Of a stretch of 64,000 nucleotides of DNA, positions 57,863 through 64,000 are shown piece after piece. Made by a program: the position numbers and the translations under genes. How positions within the stretch are numbered: position 1 is the stretch's first letter; every line of letters starts with the position of its first letter. Where the stretch lies: contig JAYVZS010000054.1 of assembly GCA_043783155.1 (NCBI GenBank), positions 411 through 64,410 of the forward strand. The letters run 5' to 3'. Under the pieces are notes generated by a model. It did not search any database. It was not told the DNA's origin and worked only from the letters and a program-made list of their open reading frames with translations. Source of the stretch: Bacteroidota bacterium (GTDB lineage Bacteria > Bacteroidota > Bacteroidia > AKYH767-A > 2013-40CM-41-45).

Positions 57863-59752
57863 TCAATTATTTTTTCGAAGCCAGGAATGCAAAACGATTA
57901 AGGACCAGATTCTTGAACTGTAAAAATACCTTCCGTTATAAAAAGCATCAATGTATTTTTTGACTGCTTTATAATCAACAACGCCGGCGTTCTGTATTAC
58001 TTTTTCTGACAGATTTTCTTCGATCAGGTAATTCAGTTCATTCTTTAACCAGGAAGACAATGGAACAGAGAAGCCTTGTTTGGGGCGATTAAATATATGT
58101 TGGGGAAGATATTTATACAGCACCTTCTTTAAAATATATTTTTGAATTCCGTTTTTTATTTTTAAATCAGGAGAAAGATTAAGCGCAAATTCTACAATGC
58201 GGTGATCAAGATAGGGAACTCTCACTTCCAGCGAATGGTGCATGCTTGCCCTGTCAATTTTCGTAAGCAAATCGTCCTGCAAATAATACTGTAAATCAAA
58301 GAATGATTGTTTTTCAGATGCATTAAATTTCCGGGTTCTGTTTTCAGAATATTTGTTTTCATTCCTGAATTCTTCGTTAATGAGTTCGGTTATTTCATGT
58401 CCGGCCTTCTTAGAAAAATCAGGATGCAGGAGATTGCAGATTTCTTGTTCGCTGAAAAGGTATTGTTCCTGCGAAAAAATATGACTTCGTGCATGTTGTT
58501 CGTTTGTGTACGATAATAATCCGGCTACGCGCTTATATCGCTCCGGCATCATCGATAAAAGAGTGGACGCCGGAAGGCGAAATACTTTCATCAGCGGATG
58601 GTTTAACCGTTCAGCCCATGTGTAGAATCCATATCCGTGAAACAATTCATCAGCGCCATCGCCCGAAAGTGCTACTGTTACCTGTTGTCTCGTTAGTTTC
58701 GACAGGAGAAGAGTCGGAATCGCTGACGAGTCTGCATAAGGTTCGTCATACATAGCAAGGATATCATCTGCAACAGAGGTTGCTTCCCGGTGCGAAATGA
58801 TAAACGGATGATGATCCGTATTCAGGTGCCTGGCAACCTGCTCCGCGTAACCCGATTCATCATGTGTGCTTTCAGAAAATCCGATGGAGAAGGTTTTTAA
58901 TTTTCCCGGATAGTGCGCAGATGCGATTGCACTTATTAAACTTGAATCAATTCCACCACTCAGGAAAACGCCCAGCGGAACATCGCTTCTCATTTGAATT
59001 GAAACTGCATTGTTAAGTAATTTGTCCAATTCGTTTGTTGCATAAACTTCATCCGTTACTACCTGGTCTGAGAGTTTGTCGGCGACAGACCAATAATATT
59101 CTTTCGTTATTCCTTCAGAAGAAATTTTGAGGATACTTCCACTTTCCATTTTAAAGATAAAGTCATAGGCAGTATACGGAGCAGGAATATATCCGAGGTG
59201 TAGGAACGTCCTGATTGAGGAAGTATTTATTTTTTTATTTAGCTGGCTTAGCTGCAACAATGATTTCAGTTCAGAAGCAAATGCAAAGTTAGCCCCATCC
59301 CAATAATAATAAAGTGGCTTTATACCGAGCCGGTCTCTGAAAAGAGAAAGTTCCTTTTTAATTCTGTCATAGATCATAATGGCAAACATACCATTGAGTT
59401 GTTCTGCAAATTGATTTCCGTTTTGAGAAAAGAGCTCAAGAATTACTTCGGTATCACTTGTTGTCTTTAGTTGATTTCGAATAACGGAATCGAGCGATGA
59501 AATCAACTCTTTGTAATTGTAGGTTTCACCGTTGTATATAATGACATACCTGTTGTTGGCTGAAAACATCGGCTGATTAGCTTTCTCTGAAACATCAATG
59601 ATGCTAAGACGCCGGTGCCCCAATCCGATGTTGCCTTCTGTAAAATAGCCATCAGCATCCGGACCACGGTGTGTCAATGATGAAGTCATTTTCCTGAGGT
59701 CATGTTCAGAAAAAAAATTGGTGGAAGAAAAAAAACCGCTGATGCCGCACAT
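57863..59752 (-). CDS. asparagine synthase (glutamine-hydrolysing) family amidotransferase, embedded in glycan cluster
   Basis: N-terminal MCGISGFF (Ntn Cys2), the PP-loop SGGIDSS and a ~630 aa size. Confidence 0.8.
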   Translation of the reverse strand: MCGISGFFSSTNFFSEHDLRKMTSSLTHRGPDADGYFTEGNIGLGHRRLSIIDVSEKANQPMFSANNRYVIIYNGETYNYKELISSLDSVIRNQLKTTSDTEVILELFSQNGNQFAEQLNGMFAIMIYDRIKKELSLFRDRLGIKPLYYYWDGANFAFASELKSLLQLSQLNKKINTSSIRTFLHLGYIPAPYTAYDFIFKMESGSILKISSEGITKEYYWSVADKLSDQVVTDEVYATNELDKLLNNAVSIQMRSDVPLGVFLSGGIDSSLISAIASAHYPGKLKTFSIGFSESTHDESGYAEQVARHLNTDHHPFIISHREATSVADDILAMYDEPYADSSAIPTLLLSKLTRQQVTVALSGDGADELFHGYGFYTWAERLNHPLMKVFRLPASTLLSMMPERYKRVAGLLSYTNEQHARSHIFSQEQYLFSEQEICNLLHPDFSKKAGHEITELINEEFRNENKYSENRTRKFNASEKQSFFDLQYYLQDDLLTKIDRASMHHSLEVRVPYLDHRIVEFALNLSPDLKIKNGIQKYILKKVLYKYLPQHIFNRPKQGFSVPLSSWLKNELNYLIEENLSEKVIQNAGVVDYKAVKKYIDAFYNGRYFYSSRIWSLIVLHSWLRKNN

Positions 59753-59753
59753 G

Positions 59754-60644
59754 TTACTTCAACAGGTATTTAAGGAGGTATTTATAAAACAGCATGTTTT
59801 GAAATGTTTTTGAAAAACGAAGCGATTTTTTAAAGAGTGGCAGAGAGTTTTTTTTATTGCCATTTGAAATTAACATGTTTGCACACAAAATGTACGTAAA
59901 GGATTTCACGGAGTCGGATATTTTTTTTGTCAATTTTGGATGAGTGGAAAAACGCAGCCCGGTGTATTCGTTCCAGTAAACAATTTCATTAATGCTCTGC
60001 GTATTCATCGTCCGTTGTTCATGCTCCGTAATAATGGTTGTTTTAATATTTGTTTTTACAAAATCTGTTTCGAGAAGAAGGTTACGGGAAAAAAGCCAGT
60101 CTTCAGATACGGGGATATTCTCATCTCCAAATGTTGTTTTTATTTTCTCTTTGTTGTAACACAAAACATTGGGTGGAAGAATATTGGATGCGATAACATC
60201 TTTTAATCTGACGATCGAAATTTTTTCCTTGATTTTTCCTGACTCTTTATGAACATTCTCTGCATCCGATTTTATTGAAGTTGCAAATGCGTCATACTCA
60301 GGAAAGCTGGAAATTAATCGACGCAGGACCGTTAAATGATTGGGCAGATAAAGATCATCCGAATCAAGAAAGCAAACCCATTTTGTGGAAGCGTTTTGGA
60401 TTCCTGAGTTCCTCGCAGCGCACCGGCCAAGGTTTTCAGGATGCCTGACGATTTTTACACGGGCATCCTGTTTCATAAATTTTTCAATAATTTCAACAGA
60501 GGAATCGATACTCATGTCATCCACACATATTAATTCAAAATCAATAAAATCCTGTCTAAGAACAGAATTAATTGAATTGTCAATGAATAAAGATCTGTTA
60601 TAAACCGGCATTATGACTGAAAAGAATGGAACATTCATCGACAC
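59754..60644 (-). CDS. glycosyltransferase family 2
   Basis: FSVIMPVYNRSLFI...CVDDMSIDSS (a DxD-type motif) is typical of GT2. Confidence 0.75.
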   Translation of the reverse strand: MSMNVPFFSVIMPVYNRSLFIDNSINSVLRQDFIDFELICVDDMSIDSSVEIIEKFMKQDARVKIVRHPENLGRCAARNSGIQNASTKWVCFLDSDDLYLPNHLTVLRRLISSFPEYDAFATSIKSDAENVHKESGKIKEKISIVRLKDVIASNILPPNVLCYNKEKIKTTFGDENIPVSEDWLFSRNLLLETDFVKTNIKTTIITEHEQRTMNTQSINEIVYWNEYTGLRFSTHPKLTKKISDSVKSFTYILCANMLISNGNKKNSLPLFKKSLRFSKTFQNMLFYKYLLKYLLK

Positions 60645-61597
60645 CGGGATGTAATATATCTGACTCTTAAATTATTCTTAATTAAAAACTCTAATGTACG
60701 GAAAAAAGTATGGACGTTAAATGAAGCTATGAGGAGTTTATTTGCATTTTTTACACGGTAAAAGGAATATTCCTGGATGGCGCATTGCTGTATGTACATG
60801 TTCAGTAATGTTTTTGTTTGAGCAGACGTGAAAGAAATATTGACAGGATATTTTTTTTCATCAGGATTGTTATAGATACCATATACTTTCAACTTGCTGA
60901 CGAGTTCTTTGCGGTTAAGAGAGTTAATAAACGTGGATAAAACCTTTCTGTATTCAAGGTATAAACCTTCCGGGTTCCCGGTTGTTTTTGAATGCGGATG
61001 AATTCTGAATTGAGAAAAAAGTTCATTCACCTTTAAACATTCGTAGTTAAAAAATATCCGTGTCCATAAATCATAATCCATGAGGTAATACAGGCTCTCA
61101 TCCAGCAAGCCAATGTTTTCATGTAATTTTCGTTTCCAGAAAACTCCGGGTTGATGAATGTTAACTTTTCGAAGGAAACTGACCGGCTCAAACGGAGGAG
61201 AGGAGATTAATTTTTTCGAGCCGTCAACATCCAGATTTTCTACATCACCATACAACAATTCAACGGATGGGTGCTCCAGGAACAAGCTTGCTACACGGTG
61301 CAAAGTGTCTTTCAGAAAAATATCATCGCTATTCAACCACGCAACAATTTCACCTGTTGCCTGCTTCAGACCTTTGTTGATGGCTTCGCTTTGCCCGCTA
61401 TCTTTTTCACTGACCCAGTAGTGTATTTTTTCCTGATGCTTTTTTATGATTTCCACCGACTGATCCTCACTGCCGCCATCAATGACGATGTATTCGAGGT
61501 TCGGGTAATTTTGAGAAAGTACAGACAGAATTGTTTCCTCCAGGAAATTTCCCTGGTTAAAAGAAGGAGTAATAATACTGATCTTAGGAAGTTCCAT
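60635..61597 (-). CDS. glycosyltransferase family 2
   Basis: ISIITPSFNQGNFLEETILSVLSQNYPNLEYIVIDGGSED is typical of GT2. Confidence 0.75.
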   Translation of the reverse strand: MELPKISIITPSFNQGNFLEETILSVLSQNYPNLEYIVIDGGSEDQSVEIIKKHQEKIHYWVSEKDSGQSEAINKGLKQATGEIVAWLNSDDIFLKDTLHRVASLFLEHPSVELLYGDVENLDVDGSKKLISSPPFEPVSFLRKVNIHQPGVFWKRKLHENIGLLDESLYYLMDYDLWTRIFFNYECLKVNELFSQFRIHPHSKTTGNPEGLYLEYRKVLSTFINSLNRKELVSKLKVYGIYNNPDEKKYPVNISFTSAQTKTLLNMYIQQCAIQEYSFYRVKNANKLLIASFNVHTFFRTLEFLIKNNLRVRYITSRCR

Positions 61598-61717
61598 CTA
61601 TCATTCGTTAACGTTAATATAGAAGTTTTTAGCTTTTGCAAGCAGTGACTGCTACCGGAATTTTATATCATGAGGAAATATAAATTCATCATGAAACTTT
61701 ATGTGATACTCAGAATT

Positions 61718-62956
61718 TTAATGTTTTTTTTCAATATCTAAAGCCAGAATTTTCCTGTACAAATCAATGTATTGTTTGCAAGTATTCTCAAGCGTAAATT
61801 TTCCTGAAACTATTTTTTCGGCAGCAGCTCCTTTTTTTCGACTCAATTCCAGATCACCCAGCGCCAGGTTTAGTCTAACAAGCAGGTCATCCTTGTTGTT
61901 GTTTTGAAATACATATCCAATCTGGTCATTGATTAGCTCGGTGATTCCTCCTGCATCTGAAGAAACAACACATACACCACATGCCATGGCTTCTAAAGCA
62001 GTAAGTCCGAAGCTTTCTGCTCTTGAAGGAAAAATTAGAATATCCACGTTGTTATACAAAGAACTTAAACTCTGTCGGTCATCAATATAGTTCAGGTAAT
62101 TTACAGATGATGAGGTGCCGATTTTTTCGCCTACAACATACAGGTCGTATGGGTAAATTATTTTATGCATGATCTCAGTAAACAACCAGGATCCTTTAAA
62201 CGGATAGGAGTTTTGGAGGTTAAAAAAAAGAACCCGGGGTTTTTGCCAGGTCCGGCTGTTTTTATTTGTGAAAACAGATGCGTTGAAGCCATTATAAAGG
62301 GTTTTTAATTTCATCTTTTTGTTAAAAACGTAGGCGTCAGCAACGCAATTCTCAAGCCATCTGCTTACAGCTATCAACGTAATCGAATCTGAAAGTTGAG
62401 TGTAGATATTTTTTTTTATATTGATAAAATGCTGACGTCTGTCAACAAAAGGGTTTAACAATGGATAATTTTCGATGAATGGTGTATAGCCGATTCCCTT
62501 TTTATAATTTTCATTTTCGAATGTGTAAGCATCTCCGCCCGTAATGGCCCACATATCATGCAATGTCCAGACTATTTTTTTCTCCCTCGCAATTTTAACT
62601 AAGGTAGTAAGATCAAAATAACCACCGTGAAGATTATGAAGATGAACAATATCGGCTTCACGATATTCTTTTATTTTCCAGAGTTTACGATAGGTACCGT
62701 TCCATTCATTTTCAATGCTGAAGAATGTACGAAGTGATTTTTGACTTCCAAGTTTCCACCCGATCTTATCAAGCAGGAGAAGTACAGTATCGAAGAAATT
62801 ATTTTTTAGTGGAATTACTTTCGGGTCATCCGACGATTTTTTCATGACCGCTAAATGGCAAACCGCATCAAGATGATGAACAAGATCCATCGCAACCTGC
62901 GAAGCACCGCCCATCTTATCATGGGTATTGATGTGAAAAATCTTTAGCTTATTCAT
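61718..62956 (-). CDS. glycosyltransferase family 4 (GT-B fold)
   Basis: C-terminal FPSRAESFGLTALEAMACGVCVVSSDAGGITE is the GT4 EX7E region. Confidence 0.65.
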   Translation of the reverse strand: MNKLKIFHINTHDKMGGASQVAMDLVHHLDAVCHLAVMKKSSDDPKVIPLKNNFFDTVLLLLDKIGWKLGSQKSLRTFFSIENEWNGTYRKLWKIKEYREADIVHLHNLHGGYFDLTTLVKIAREKKIVWTLHDMWAITGGDAYTFENENYKKGIGYTPFIENYPLLNPFVDRRQHFINIKKNIYTQLSDSITLIAVSRWLENCVADAYVFNKKMKLKTLYNGFNASVFTNKNSRTWQKPRVLFFNLQNSYPFKGSWLFTEIMHKIIYPYDLYVVGEKIGTSSSVNYLNYIDDRQSLSSLYNNVDILIFPSRAESFGLTALEAMACGVCVVSSDAGGITELINDQIGYVFQNNNKDDLLVRLNLALGDLELSRKKGAAAEKIVSGKFTLENTCKQYIDLYRKILALDIEKKH

Positions 62957-62971
62957 AAAAAGTTCTCCATG

Positions 62972-63877
62972 TTAGGAATGCATAAACCTGTTCACGATTC
63001 TCTCGATGATGTTTTTCTTACGCCTAAGCTTTTTATAAAATTGTTCAAGACCTTTTCTTGCTTCATTATTTTCAATAAGCGGAATTGTTTTAACCACAAT
63101 GGAATCAGCAACGGCCTGCTTGTTAAATATCGACTCACTTCCGTGTGTACCCGATCCGTCATTGCCTTCATTTCGGACTAGGCTGGGGGAGGGATGAAGA
63201 CAAAAACCTTCCATCAGAAATACGCTGGTCAGCCATTTGATAGCCCATGTTTTTATTTTTCCGTTTGTATTGTCTAAAAGATGATTATAAAATGGAGCTC
63301 GGCCGTTAAATGTAAATTCATTTAATCGTTCTGACTCATGGAGTTTTTGCAAGAGGTCTTCAGCAGATGGATTGTAATGGTTCCATGCGCGTTTCCAGGT
63401 TGCCCATCCCCAGCAGGAAGTCATGTTCATGAAAAATAATTCCGGTAATTTATTTTTAACCGGGAACATGTAAGCCGAAATGTGCATGATTTTCTCTTCC
63501 TCCTCAAAAACGTTTAATGCGTTATTCAGATAGTCAAGAAATCCGGGTGAAAGTACTAAGTCATCTTCAAGTACAATTATTTTTTCGTATTGATTGAGTA
63601 CAGCAGTCACTCCACTAACAATTGAATCAGCAAGTCCGACATTATGCTGTTTCCCGATCAACTGAACTTCTTTGCACCATTTTTCACTTAGCACAAGTTT
63701 CCTGACTTCGTTGATGTTTTTTCTTTCCGTTTGTGATGCCTCGTCTTTCGGTCCATCAGCAAACACGATCAGTTTTGATTGATCGCTTAACCGGCATCTG
63801 CGCAGGCTTTGCAGAAGATTTGAAGTATGAATGGGCCGGTTATAAACGAATAAAACGATTGGGGCAAGTGATTTCAT
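62972..63877 (-). CDS. glycosyltransferase (GnT-I-like / GT2-like, EDD motif)
   Basis: IVLFVYNRP at the N-terminus and IIVLEDDLVLSPGF (EDD motif). Confidence 0.5.
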   Translation of the reverse strand: MKSLAPIVLFVYNRPIHTSNLLQSLRRCRLSDQSKLIVFADGPKDEASQTERKNINEVRKLVLSEKWCKEVQLIGKQHNVGLADSIVSGVTAVLNQYEKIIVLEDDLVLSPGFLDYLNNALNVFEEEEKIMHISAYMFPVKNKLPELFFMNMTSCWGWATWKRAWNHYNPSAEDLLQKLHESERLNEFTFNGRAPFYNHLLDNTNGKIKTWAIKWLTSVFLMEGFCLHPSPSLVRNEGNDGSGTHGSESIFNKQAVADSIVVKTIPLIENNEARKGLEQFYKKLRRKKNIIERIVNRFMHS

Positions 63878-64000
63878 TCAGTTAAACTGATCTGACGGTT
63901 TCATTTTATATTTTCCTGCAATCAACAATCAACGAAGAATAATCAGCGAAGCCGGGATTTTTATAACCCTTGATCTTACTTCTTGAGATGATCCCATTTT

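Noticed and set aside
1-64000. Search for CRISPR arrays, rRNA/tRNA genes, integrases or transposases and toxin-antitoxin pairs
   Set aside because: No spaced direct repeats, no rRNA-like conserved blocks and no recombinase or transposase motifs were seen. The only mobile-element-flavoured gene is the solitary frameshifted ORF6N gene. The window therefore does not look like a classical mobile or defence island.

Overview
This 64 kb window is AT-rich and looks like chromosome from a Bacteroidota bacterium, probably a gliding, T9SS-bearing Chitinophagia/Sphingobacteriia/Cytophagia-type lineage. Three large adhesin-like proteins carry type IX secretion C-terminal sorting domains (one type A, two type B). 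There is an ORF6N-domain gene, and the overall gene content fits this phylum. Gene order is mostly housekeeping. The first part carries a SET-domain methyltransferase, a SixA-like phosphatase and a lysine-rich histone H1-like protein fused in one operon with ppk1 and ppx. It is followed by a two-component pair, an MsrQ/MsrP-like cytochrome b plus Mo-oxidoreductase pair, an M16 peptidase, an AddA-like helicase-nuclease, a split VWA plus ChlI-like AAA+ pair, ispE, accA, a GuaD-like deaminase and dnaB. A putative porin and the three T9SS cargo proteins surround an AddB-like nuclease and an isoaspartyl peptidase. The last ~19 kb (45-64 kb) is a glycan/LPS-type biosynthesis cluster. It holds two GT-C ArnT/PMT-like enzymes, a GT9 heptosyltransferase-like gene, two methyltransferases, a polysaccharide deacetylase, an AsnB-like amidotransferase, and GT2 and GT4 genes, with yihY, nadC and rlmH interleaved. 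No rRNA, tRNA, CRISPR array, integrase or transposase was recognisable. The most unusual sequence-level observations are (i) an ORF6N gene broken by two compensating ±1 indels in A6/A7 homopolymers, sitting 30 bp behind a perfect 31-bp palindrome, (ii) a 60-nt near-perfect hairpin between two minus-strand genes, (iii) an H1-like gene 2 bp upstream of ppk1 and two genes after a SET-domain methyltransferase, and (iv) a BchI/BchD-like AAA+ plus VWA module with non-canonical Walker motifs in a non-phototroph. I did not find a clear-cut defence island. The candidate 'system' calls below are inferences and are labelled as such.
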